Assembly (NCBI GenBank): GCA_002269645.1
Contig: NIVC01001389.1
Coordinates: 124,001-188,000, forward strand
DNA: 64,000 nucleotides
Direction: 5' to 3'
Origin: Macrostomum lignano
Taxonomy: Eukaryota
Shown here: in pieces, positions 10,401 to 21,609 of the stretch
Layout: each line of letters begins with the position of its first letter
Position numbering within the stretch: position 1 is the stretch's first letter
Program-made: the position numbers and the translations under genes
The notes under the pieces: generated by a model
Told to the model about the DNA's origin: nothing
Seen by the model: only the letters and a program-made list of their open reading frames with translations
Database searches by the model: none

Positions 10401-13080
10401 AATAGAACCATTTTTCCTATAGGATAGAATCCTATAGTAGGGAGTTCCATAGCATCAAATCCTGTGGGATCAAGCACCTCAGGGGAAATCTCAGGGTGCA
10501 TCTCACCTCGTAGCAGGGCACGCCGGCCCGGATTCGCTCAGCCAGGATTCTCCGGGGCCTCGGGCCCACCGAGCAGCCGGCACTCGCACCTTCGGGCAGC
10601 TGCTCATCCCAGATGCACAGCAGCGGCAGCAGCTTGGCAACGGTGTACTCCTCGGCCCATTCCAGCCTGTCCAGGCAGAAGCGGACCAGCTCCAGCGGCC
10701 TGGGCCGGCGCCACACCACCCGATCCTCGGTAAGCAGCGGCCAGCTCCGGTTGGCCTCTAGGAATTCGCTGACGATGGCCGGTGCGGCAGCCGACGTGGC
10801 CGACGCGGCGATGAACCGGCGAAGCACGCCGCAACCGTCGGCATCGACTCCTCCGCCGCCGGCCTCCAGCAGTTTGGCAGTGGCGTCGGCGCCGGGCGGC
10901 AGGCAGCGGAAGAACTTCAGCGCCAGGGCTGGCCCGACGCCCGGAGTGCCGCCTGGCGCGTAGTCGCAGCCGAGCAGCAGCGCCAGAGCCACCAGGCGGT
11001 CCCGGCCGAGGCCCAGCTGAGTGGCCAGGCGGCAGCTCTCGAACCAGTCTACGTGGGCGTCACGGCTGTCCATGCTGCTCGAGGGGGGCGAGTGAGCAAG
11101 CGATGGCACAGTTACAAAATTGATTTGAATTAAGAAATTTGAGCTGGCGCATGGCGTGACAGTTATTTTCAAGGGTTAATCATTAGTTCAGATTCTATAA
11201 GGGGCTATCTAAAATCTCAGGAAGGCTTGCAAGGAGTCAAATCTTAAGGACAAATTTAGGATAGGGTGAGATTTCCAGAGGGAAAATCACTGGGTGAGAT
11301 TCTCAGATATCAATCTTGGTGAGATTCTCAGAGGTCAAATCTCTGGGTGAGATTTCTAGAGGTCAAATCTCTGGGTGAGATTCCCAAAGGCGAAGTCTCT
11401 GGGTGAGATTCCCAGAGAGAAAATCTCTGGGTGAGATTTCTAGAGGTCAAATCTCTGGGTTAGATTTCTAGAGGTCAAATCTCTGGGTTAGATTCTCAGA
11501 TGTCAAATCTCTTGGTGATATTCTCAGATGTCAAATCTCTTGGTGAGATTCTCAGATGTCAAATCTCTTGGTGAGATTCTCAGATGTCAAATCTCTGGGT
11601 GAGATTCTCAGATGTCAATCTTGGTGAGATTCTTAGAGGTCAAATCTCTGGGTGAGATTTCTAGAGGTCAAATCTCTGGGTGCGATTCCCAAAGGCCAAG
11701 TCTCTGGGTGAGATTCCTAGAGAGAAAATCACTAGGTGAGATTCTCAGAGGTCAAATCTCTGGGTGAGATTCTCAGACGGAAAATATCTGGGTGAGATTT
11801 CCAGATACCAAGTCTCTGGGTGAGATTTCCAGAGGCCAAGTCTCTGGGTGAGATTCCAAGAGGCCAAGTCTCTGGGTGAGATTCCAAGAGGCCAAGTCTC
11901 TGGGTGAGATTCCCAGAGGCCAAGTCTCTGGGTGAGATTCCCAGAGGCCAAGTCTCTGGGTGAGATTCCCAGAGGCCAAGTCTCTGGGTGAGATTTCCAG
12001 AGGCCAAGTCTCTGGGTGAGATTCCTAGAGAGAAAATCACTAGGTGAGATTCTCAGAGGTCAAATCTCTGGGTGAGATTCCCAGAGGCCAAGTCTGGGTG
12101 AGATTCCGAGAGAGAAAATCTCTGGTTGAGATTCCGAGAGAAAATCTCTGGGTGAGATTCCGAGAGAGAAAATCTCTGGGTGAGATTCTCAGAGGGAAAA
12201 TATCTTTGAGATTCCCAGAGGTCAAATCTCTGGGAATCTGGGAATTTCAGGGTCATTGCTCAGTGCTCAGTCCCACCCGACTCTCAATCTGGGTTCACAG
12301 CAGCTTAAACTCCAACTCGAACCTGAAGTTGCGCAGCACCCGCTTGGCCCCGTAGAGAAACGCGTCGCCATCGTTGGTGATGACGGCGTCCACAACTCCG
12401 CGGTTGTTAAGCAGCGCGGCCAGACTCTCCGCCTCGCCAGGGCTCTCCACGTGCGGTACGCCGAGCAGGTCGAGCAGGCGGCAGCAGTCGCCGCGCAACA
12501 GGCGGCGGAATCTGGCCCGCTTGCGGATCCGCTCCGGGTCCACCGGCCGCTCTGCGACTGTGGGATGAGCGATTTAAACTGTCAGTCACTGCCTGCCGCT
12601 CTCCCTACACAGCCTGCCACTGCCTGCCGCTCTCCCCTACACCGCCTGCCACTCTCTCCTACACAGTCTGCCACTCTCCCCTACACAGCCTGTCACTCTC
12701 CTCTACACAGCCTGCCACTCTCCCCTACACAGCCTGTCACTGCCTGCCGCTCTCCCACATCCAAATCAACTCACCTGGCTTAGCCCCTTTGCCAGCCATC
12801 TGCTGGGATCTGGCAGTCATAGTCGCCACCTTCAAGACGGGCGCTTCGCCGTCCACAACAAAGAGCGGCCTGACGCCCAGCTTGAGCAGGTGCAGGGTTC
12901 TGAACAGCAGGTTGCGCAGATGCAACCGACCAGGAATGGCGCAGGCGGCCTCCCGCTGGTCTGCATGTCGTCAACAACCCAGATGGCCAGGTCGATGGCG
13001 ATTCGGAGGCCGCGCAGCTCCTCAAGCGGGGTGTGCTGCGCCGTTGGCTGAATGATGGACCAGAGGCCGTGGACGCCCAT
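7470..13080 (-). CDS. GEN1: GEN1 Holliday-junction resolvase (XPG/Rad2 family); exons 13080-12775, 12557-12323, 11074-10507, 8483-7470; about 707 aa after correcting a 1-nt deletion near 12950
   Basis: MGVHGLWSII...IAIDLAIW, HLRNLLFR, FVVDGEAP, GEAE, TNDGDAFLYGA, LLLGCDY (H2TH) and a chromodomain-like RIRAGVPCYEVEF. All catalytic acidic residues are present. The short N/I spacer excludes XPG. Intron phases 1, 2, 0 are consistent. Confidence 0.93.
8720..10400. repeat. 15-bp-based minisatellite (GGATAGAACACCATA) with an approximately 320-bp higher-order block, GEN1 intron 3
   Basis: Tandem units; the marker TAAGTTAGAAC occurs near 9004 and 9325. Confidence 0.93.
11260..12235. repeat. 28-bp hairpin-containing minisatellite (CTCTGGGTGAGATTCCCAGAGGCCAAGT), GEN1 intron 2
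   Basis: Tandem units; the consensus contains the inverted pair CTCTGGG/CCCAGAG. Confidence 0.9.
12585..12755. repeat. 24-bp minisatellite (CTCTCCCCTACACAGCCTGCCACT), GEN1 intron 1
   Basis: About 7 degenerate copies fill the 217-nt intron. Confidence 0.85.
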
Positions 13081-13829
13081 TTTTCTAATTAGTCAAGGAA
13101 TAACCTGTAACACGTTGAGCTTATGTAAGTTACCAGTTAGTATATTAGTATTTGTTTGCTATAAATGTTTTAGCAGACTTTAGGCAAGACAATATTCAAG
13201 TCCAGTAAATATGATGTTCAGAGCATCAGAGGAGTTGGCTGCATTTTTAAAGACTCTGAAATGGAAATTTTAACAGAATGTCTTTCAGGAGCAGAGCATC
13301 TTAGCAATAAATGCATTTTTATTCTTGTGCCATGAGCCCAGCTTCAATTCTGTACCTATGGGAGCAAATGGGGATCTGTGCATATGGCATCTTGAACAGA
13401 TGAAGAAATCAATCAAAGCACTTAAAAAACATATTCCTTACTTTCCTGTGTATAGCTGTACACCTTGGATTTAAGTTTGCTTTGTATGCTTGCATGCTTG
13501 ATAGGGCATCTATGCATTCATATATGTGCAACCTTGATTTTATCTAGCAAGTATGACATTTATTTCAAACAAATGTGACATCCCCAATATCTAGAGGGCT
13601 TTTTGCCACATTGCTTTGCTCTGCATACAAATTAGATATTTTTTCTCTTTGGCTTTAACTATTTTAGAATATATTTTTTTTTTGTAATAAGTTTTCTCTT
13701 TTTCATTTCCTATGTTTTTCCCTTGTTTTATTCACTGTTGTATATTGTACTTTTGAACTAACTTCTTTGTTTATGGACCTCCCTATGTGCCTTTGCTTTA
13801 TTTTATATATGCAAGAAGTGAATCTTAAG

Positions 13830-15149
13830 TATGAGCTGCATAAAATGCAGTCATATTTGCAAAGGACGGCTGCACCTAAACTACTGCGCAATTTTCATTT
13901 TTTCTATGTAACATAGGAATTTTCGTTCCCACGCATATGCTTATGTTTTAAATAAAAAGGAGAGACAGTGGAGGCGCTCGCTTCACTTTTCCTCTCGCCC
14001 GCATCAGCGGGCCTAAAGGCATGGCCATTGCCTCGGCTGGGCTGTAGGCCGCAGCAGCCTGGGCCCAGAAAAACCGTGCTTCGAGTTCAATTCTTTGTTA
14101 TCCGACGTGAGCAGAAGGTGCAGGCAGGATGGACACAAAATCCTACCTGTTACAATGGTTCCCTGACCGCGTGAGTCTGCTAGACGAAGTTCCTGTCACG
14201 AAGGATAACAGAGGGTTGAATAGAAGCCGGTTGAAGGACAGCACAAAATCAGCAAATCGAGATCTGGCGACCAGAGGACATCTTGCGTTGTTGGCGTGCT
14301 TGATGGCATTAAGTAGCAACGGTGGTTCAGTTTAACTGCCACCACGGTGCAGCCGCCGCCCCAACTGACGCGTGTTCAACTGCCGTTCGGATGGATCGAC
14401 AAGAAGAGAGTCAGCCCCGGCGTCACTGTCTCGGCGACCGGCATGCAGATCAAGTTTCCTGCCCTGAGAGGCGATGCGTCTCAAAAGCGGAGCAGTGTTT
14501 CGGCCCAAGGCCAAGAGTCGTCTCCCCACAGCAAGAAGACTGTGAGGGAAATCTGCGGTGCATCCGGCAGGAAGACCGGAGCACGATCTGTGCATGCAAG
14601 AGACATGCCAGTGAAGCTACTTAAGATAGCTCACGAGGACTGCATGCCCGTTTCCGAGTTGGCGGACTTCAAGGCTGACCCCCTTAGAGCAGCGCGAGCT
14701 GAAGAATGGTAGCGACCCGGCTGGAAGAGTCCAACATTGCTATAGCTCATTGCTGGTGTATTCAAGCGCGTTTCAAATGACAACTATTCTTCGAGGTGTC
14801 GAAGTTTTTTCAACCACGGAGGGATATGAGCTGCATAAAATGCAGTCATATTTGCAAAGGACGGCTGCACCTAAACTACTGCGCAATTTTCATTTTTTCT
14901 ATGTAACATAAGAATTTTTGTTCCCACGCATATGCTTATGTTTTAAATAAAAAGGAGAGACAGTGGAGGCACTCGCTTCACTTTTCCTCTCGCCCACATC
15001 AGCGGGCCTAAAGGCATGGCCATTGCCTCGGCTAGGCTGTAGGCCGCAGCAGCCTGGGCCCAGAAAAACCGTGCTTCGAGTTCAATTCTTTGTTATCCGA
15101 CGTGAGCAGAAGGTACAGGCAGGATGGACACAAAATCCTACCTGTTACA
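13830..15149 (+). mobile_element. Complete miniature non-autonomous LTR retrotransposon (TRIM-like), 1320 bp
   Basis: 325-bp LTRs at 13830-14154 and 14825-15149 (6 mismatches). 5-bp TSD TTAAG (13825-13829, 15150-15154). PBS TGGTTCCCTGACCG at 14156-14169. Polypurine tract ACGGAGGGA before the 3' LTR. AATAAA in the LTR. No RT ORF inside. Confidence 0.93.
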
Positions 15150-15843
15150 TTAAGAAAAAAAGCAGAACAAAGTAGACATAACTTGATCCACAATAACTAT
15201 ATTGCCTCTTTCCTTATGCTCAAGACAGCTAAAATTTGAGATACAAATATTCACTTCTAGTATATTAAATATAACTAAGCATTTAATAATATCATAAAAT
15301 GTTCAAACAATTTTTCAAATAGATAAAAAGTTATACGTAATTGCTTAAATAAATAAAAAGTTATGCAATCTCATGCATGCCAAATTTAAATATTTTTAAT
15401 ACAATTTCTATAGAATCTATAGCCTATGGGCTATTGTTTGGTTTCTATAATATATAGATCTTGATCTAATCAAACCAAAGGTCATAGATACTATAAAATC
15501 ATTTAAAATATTTAAGGCTTATAGAGCTACTTTAATACTATTCGTTTTGGGCTAATCATTTGGATCTAGCAAATAACCAATGACAATCAATATTGCTAAG
15601 ACACCAGCTTTTGGAAAACTTTTCTATCATTTGCACCATGTCTATAGGCCTAGTCTAGATCATGTTCAATGCATGCTAAAATAGGCCCCTATCCTAAACC
15701 AAATTTATAAATGCACACTGATGCCAATTAATAATTATAATCATTGAATAATAATAATTTTGTAAAATAATAATGTAGATCTAAAAAATTGTAAGCAATC
15801 ATATAGATGTATACTATGTTGCATATATTTGCACTAGGCCTAG

Positions 15844-16287
15844 CATCACATGCCTAACACCCATCTGACCTGTCCAAACTAGACAGGTGAAATGACTGCC
15901 AGCCAAGGTAAGTTGCAAAATCAAAACTGCAAAAAAAAACAAAAAATTGGGGGAAGAAAGAAAGGAGAGGAAGAGAAAATGAAAAGAAAAGAGGGAGAAG
16001 AGAGAGGGGAGGGAGAAGAGAGAAAGAGAAATAAAATAGAAAAAAGCAAGAAAAGTGATATACAAAGTGAAAATTAAGTTGCAATTAGGGGAACTAAGTC
16101 ACAATTGAGAGGAACTAAGTTGCAATCGGGAGGAACTAAGTTGCAATTGAGAGGAACTAAGTTGCAATCGGGAGGAACTAAGTTGCAATTGGGAGGAACT
16201 AAGTTGCAATCGGGAGGAACTAAGTTGCAAATCTAGACAAAACTAAGTTGCATTGGATGGGTGAAATTTTGAGGTTGGGCATATATG
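15844..16287. mobile_element. MITE-like element (444 bp), imperfect TIRs CATCACATGCCTAAC / GTTGGGCATATATG, TSD CCTAG; contains a GA-rich tract and a 21-bp tandem repeat
   Basis: CCTAG flanks both ends (15839-15843, 16288-16292). An inverted partial second copy lies at about 18165-18362. Internal GGAGGAACTAAGTTGCAATCG repeats at 16078-16250. Confidence 0.7.
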
Positions 16288-16311
16288 CCTAGCATACTAT
16301 AATATGCACAC

Positions 16312-17098
16312 GGCTCATTCCATATAAGATGGACATTTTTGGAAAATAGAAAAAAGTCAATATTTTTGCTTGCCATTGCCTTATCAGCCAATTTTTTTAC
16401 CAAATGTTTTTTATGTGTAATATCTACAATCTAAGAATAAATGAATGATAAAATGTTAGATTAGTATGCTATCAAGTGACAAAAAGTCATTTTTGTAAAA
16501 ATTTAGACATTTTTCTAAGCAAAAGGCATCATTAAGTTTGTGTACCTTTTAAAAACAAATAGAAAGCTTTGGAAGGTTGAAACAAACTATAGATAAAAGT
16601 ATAGTACTTGCATCATCAGATAAAAGTATTGGTGACCAAATAATCTATTATATTTTTAATATATTGGTACCTCAAAGTTACTGAATTGACAGAAAAAAAT
16701 ATGTTACGACCATAATGTTACGACCATAAGGCTGCCTTTTCTTTTGTTTCTTTGTTGCCTTTTTGAGTTTATATATTCTACAAAAAGAGTATGATTACTA
16801 AAGATGTTCTTAGTCAAATTTTAAAAAATGTATTGCAAAATATCAAAAATAAAAATGTTATAAGACTTTTACATTTTAGTTTCTATATGTCAAAAATCCT
16901 GTTGTTACGACCATAAGTGGCATTCAAGGTTTAATAGCATCTATACTAATGATGATATCTACATGAAACTCTATAAAAATATTTTTGACAAAATTATCTT
17001 TTATTTAAAATATTGGTTTAGTATATTCTATTATTATATTTCATTTTATAAGTAAAAATAGCCTGTCATGTTACGACCATGCTTATATGGAATGAGCC
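16312..17098. mobile_element. Non-autonomous DNA transposon (787 bp) with perfect 17-bp TIRs GGCTCATTCCATATAAG and ACAC target duplication
   Basis: TIRs at 16312-16328 and 17082-17098. ACAC at 16308-16311 and 17099-17102. Four internal GTTACGACCAT motifs. Confidence 0.85.
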
Positions 17099-18063
17099 AC
17101 ACTATATAGCAATTTTGCATGCTGATAACTACACAATTTTTAATTAGCACATTATGCATGCTGAGGTTTTAGAATACATTAGAAAATTTGGCATGCACTA
17201 GATTTTCTAGAGTATAGCATTTACAATGCAAAAATTGTTATATAATATATATAATAAAGTATTATAATGCATCATGCCACACAAAACAAAGTATTGGACC
17301 TAGCTTCTACTACTTATTTAAGGTATAATATAATATAATATTCCTTGGTAATTGGTTATTATAGTATAAGTTTGTTATATAGCCCTATTAGAAAAAGTTG
17401 CTAAATGGTAGATAGGCCTAGCCATCTGGCATATTTTTAAAATAACCTTACAGTGTGGCACACTTTTTTTGAGGTGGCCCTTGGTGCAATGCAACACTTG
17501 GCACAGTGCTTAGAATCATATGAAAATGCCTATGGACAGAATGGTTACATATAAAAATAGACATGAAAAAATGACCAAATAGTAAAATAATATATAACAA
17601 GCTGTTATTATAATAGATTGATATAAAAGTTACTTTATAAAATGTCTTTACAATTAGAGGAATAAATAGAAAAGTAGTTCTAGAGATATATAATAGAATA
17701 TGTCTATATTATTAAAAATCTGAACTGTTTTTCAATAGAAGGTCCTTTACATATACATATGTTTACTTACTAAGGCTCATGGCTTTTCCATGGAAATTCT
17801 TGTGGCAGAGTTCTATTATCCCATGCTATTATAATTTATATAATCTAGCATGTAGTGCAAAGCATTATTGCACTATGGCAATAGCAGAGTCAGAATAAGA
17901 TTTAGACTCTTGCAATGGATTTAATAATCAGCCTAAATAAGAGTTGGAATTAATGATATTTAGACTCTTGCAACATATTAAATTATGAGTCAGAGTAAAA
18001 ATAAGTCAGAATGATATTTAGACTTTGCAATTATATTTAATAATCAGTCAGAATAAGAGTCAA

Positions 18064-18131
18064 AATATTCCGACCATTATTCCAACTTGTAATTTAACTG
18101 CATTACAAGTTGGAATAATGGTTGGAATATT
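18064..18131. other. Near-perfect 30-bp-stem, 8-nt-loop palindrome
   Basis: AATATTCCGACCATTATTCCAACTTGTAAT-ttaactgc-ATTACAAGTTGGAATAATGGTTGGAATATT, one mismatch. Confidence 0.9.
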
Positions 18132-18914
18132 CCAAGTTGGACAAAGTTTAAACGGTACTTTGTATATGACTTTTCTTACCTTTTATCTTTTTCTTTCTTT
18201 CTTTTTCTTTCTCTTCTTTCTTTTTTCTCTTTTCTTGCCTTTCTTTTTTCTCCTATTTTTCATTTTTTCATTTTCATTTTTGCAACTTACTTTGGCTGGC
18301 AGCCATTTCACCCATCTAGTTTGGATGGGTTAGACAGGTCCAGGTGTTGGGCATGTATGTATGAAAGGCATAGACAAAAAAATCAGGAGGACCAAGCAAA
18401 TTTTAGCCAAAAACAGAGCTATCCTGCCACCTAGATTGCCCCCTTCCCCAGAATCCACCCCCTCAAAAAATTTCTGGTTGCACTAATGCATTATTGGCAT
18501 AGGCCTAGCCATAGCCATAGGACAGTGGGCCATGAGAATAAGCACTGCCATAATAATATTGGAGCTATATAAATATGGTTAGAAATAGAAACCCATTGTC
18601 TTACTCTTCGCTTTAGACTTATGCATACTTTTGATAAAAAGTATAAAAAATATATTAAGTTCAGCAAATTAATTTATATTTATAATAATAACATTAAATT
18701 AAAAAATAATGAAATCTAGACTAAATTAAAAATGCAGTCTAATTTAGTCCAACTCGGACTAATGCAGTTTGCAGTACATAACACTAACAACAAAAGTTAA
18801 GTAAAGTAAGCCTCATTCTATACGGCTTATGCCTAGAATATGAGCCTTATTAGTTAGGGTTATTCCCTTCTAATAGTAGCCACTAAGACGTGTGTACTGT
18901 AATGTACATAAGGC

Positions 18915-18985
18915 CCTCCACCAATCCTGATTCCTGATACAGTAGCAAACTCAGCCCAACGATGCTTAACTTAGATCTTAGCGTC
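18915..18985 (-). pseudogene. Possible degenerate 5S rRNA-derived fragment (internal control region)
   Basis: Minus strand GATCTAAGTTAAGCATCGTTGGGCTGAGTTTGCTACT resembles the invertebrate 5S segment GATCACCGAAGTTAAGCAACGTCGGGCCCGGTTAGTACT (recalled, not aligned). Confidence 0.3.
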
Positions 18986-19703
18986 CCGACCTCAGAATTT
19001 TCTGTTTAAACCACGATACCGACTGACTTTCCAGGCTTGCTTTCCAGCCTAACCATGTTAGCCACGCTATCAATTACGGTCTACATCACATCAGTCAGGA
19101 GGCTGCGAATTAAAAATTGATGACGACTAGGCCGCTGAATTCGAAAATGTTTACACGATAAACTTGTGTATTATAACCAACTTTATTTGGAAGATTCTTG
19201 GGTTTTGTGAAAAAATCATTAGAAAGTATACCGTAAGTTCAATCATGAGTTATTGTAAGCACTAATTGAGCTTTTTTGTTTTTATCTCTGAATAAAAAAC
19301 GAAAAATTATGAATTTTTCATGTTTTCATCAAAAGTACATACATCATGCAGAGCCTGCATTGCCAGCATGCTGTCAGAAGCATTTTGCTGCGTTGTTTTG
19401 TGCTTGGAGGTAGCAAAGTATTGTGACACGGCTGACTCCAGACTAGCTCGCATTTATCAATCAATTTATCAGACAATCGCGCATTTAAAGATTGATTGGG
19501 GCGAAATAAAAACTACATGTAAACTGATCCTCTTTGCTTCTAGGTTTTACCATAGACAGATGTTTTTTTCATTGCAAACCTGAGTTCCCTAAAGAGACTA
19601 ATATGTCAAATTATTCCAGCTTACTATAATTTTCAGAACGGTATATTTTAACAGTCTTTTCTCAAGTTCTTTAAGATTTGACTTTGATACTGCAGGGACT
19701 AAA

Positions 19704-20004
19704 ATGAACTTCTACGTATACGCCATGATAATCGTTTTCATCGTTATGTTTTTTGGTAAGTAGCAGCTCAGCTTTCGAGTCTGTCAAGAGCCTTAATTAG
19801 GCTTTTTTCAGCTGCTTATCACCAATGCTTTCTAGCTGCCTCCCCACCCCATCACTCACTCACTCATTCACTCACTCACCTGTGCCCACCGCAGACTCTG
19901 GATCTGCCTGCAGCAGCTCCGAAAAATGCACAAAAACCGGGGGCTACTGCAGGAACTATGCAGACTGCTGCTCACAGCGGTGCAACGTGGGCAAATGCTG
20001 GTGA
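19704..20004 (+). CDS. Secreted 53-aa inhibitor-cystine-knot (conotoxin-like) peptide; exons 19704-19755 and 19895-20004: MNFYVYAMIIVFIVMFFDSGSACSSSEKCTKTGGYCRNYADCCSQRCNVGKCW
   Basis: Acceptor CTGCAG at 19695; AAAATG start; hydrophobic signal exon; phase-1 intron G|GTAAGT...CCGCAG|AC; C-x6-C-x5-CC-x3-C-x4-C; TGA at 20002; AATAAA near 20096. Upstream donor CC|GTAAGT at 19233 and TATAA near 19170. Confidence 0.85.
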
Positions 20005-21609
20005 AGTCAATGAGGAGCTAGCAGCCCGTCTGAAGTTTTAATGCCCCTTAATTGTTTTCCCATCTCGTCGTTTGTTGCGGTTTGTTTTTTGAGATAATAA
20101 AAATAAATTTAGAGAATTACATCCGTGTGCAATGCAGCTGGCTTCACGCTATAGCATCTGGAAGATCTGATTCAAAACCAGCACATGTGACTAAGCTGTC
20201 CACACTTTATACTTCACACTTTATCTGTTGACCCCGTGTTTTGTTATTACAATTTTGTGCATCACTGACTATCTGCCACTGAAATGTATTTATACTCTAC
20301 GTTTTGACTTAAATTAAATAAATTCCAATCTGCCCGATGATGTGATGGGTTTCGACCTTCGGGCTCCTTGTTAGGGAAGCCTTCGGGCCTCAGGCTCAGA
20401 AATAAATCAATTAGAGACCTGGCCCCCCACTCCTGTCAGATGGTCAGCCCCATGGTAGCTTGATCGTGTGACGAGCAGTCTAGGTCCTATAGCTTAGAGA
20501 GGGACAGCGAGAGACGAGCAGGGAGAATTTTGAAAGTAGAAATTAGCTAATCCGCAGATCAACTAACTTGCTGCCACCAGCCCGTGCGCCCTGGCTCACC
20601 ACACCGGGACTCTCGAAATCGGGCTTCCGACTAGAAGGGGCTTTGCACTTACCTGCCATCTAGTGTCTTTTTGCTGTCAATCTCGAAGTCATAGCCGATG
20701 ATAAGGGACACCGCTGGGACTAGATCGCATTGGCCATGCAGGTACAGAGGGGACTTGTGCAGGGGATTCTTGCGGTGGCGAGTCTATGGGGTAGCTGCAT
20801 GTACTATTACATTGCTAAATGCGAAGATATGTACTTTTGGCCTTCAACGCGCCAACTAGCCTCTCATAGCGCTGATGATAGACTAACTCGAACTTCAGAG
20901 ACCGCATGATTCATTTACCCGAGCCGCTTGGCTACCCTAGAGTGCACAAAGTACATCTCTGGCGCCGATTCTGCACTTCTGGCAGTTTTGCTCACTGATT
21001 TGATAGATTGGTCGACTGAGAACTGCCTTGCCATTGGTCCACTGTGACCGGCGCCTACTAGCTTAGCTACTCATCTGAGCCATCGGCGAACAAAGAAATA
21101 AAACCGATAAAAATAACTGTTAGATTTAACCTTCTCCTTAGTTCACTTCACACTTCAGATTGAATTGGAGTCTTCGACTACTAGCAGTATTATTGAATGA
21201 TTTCTGCCTCAGCAACAGCACTACTGAACAAAATGAGCAAAAGTGTGCGCCTAATTCAGCTACTGCAACAGGGGACAGATAAGGGATCACCCAATCAAGC
21301 AAGTCTAGGTAGCCTCTCACCCAACCAATCAGAAACTCAACAGCCGGAGACCAGGTAATCCACAGTGACCGAATCGGCTCGATGCTCTGCAGCTGTAGAC
21401 TCGGGATGATGCTGTCACAATCTTCGCTGTTAGCTAGCAGGTGATGCTCTTAACTTGATGTTCGCTGCTGATGACCGGGGGACTCGTCCTTGATGATGAT
21501 GGGGGGAAGTCGCAATCCGGGGATCAAGAAACGACGGTCAGTTCCGGGCCGGTGGAGTAGGAACCAGGCCAGAGTCGGAACAGGTTGAGGTCCGAGCGGG
21601 CCAAAAACA

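Noticed and set aside
8617-10501. Long repetitive ORFs here, and similarly at 4493-5299, 29207-30878, 35064-35865, 39571-40160, 45123-46298, 46750-47466, 60225-61894 and 62398-63520
   Set aside because: All coincide with minisatellites or microsatellites; no domain content.
11260-12235. CRISPR-like palindromic 28-bp repeats (also 45478-46215, and the 48-bp and 64-bp arrays)
   Set aside because: No unique spacers, no cas genes, eukaryotic intronic or intergenic context.
20341-20400. Hammerhead-like segment on the minus strand (GAGCCCGAAGGTCGAAAC)
   Set aside because: The CUGANGA core is not intact and stems I and III could not be built.
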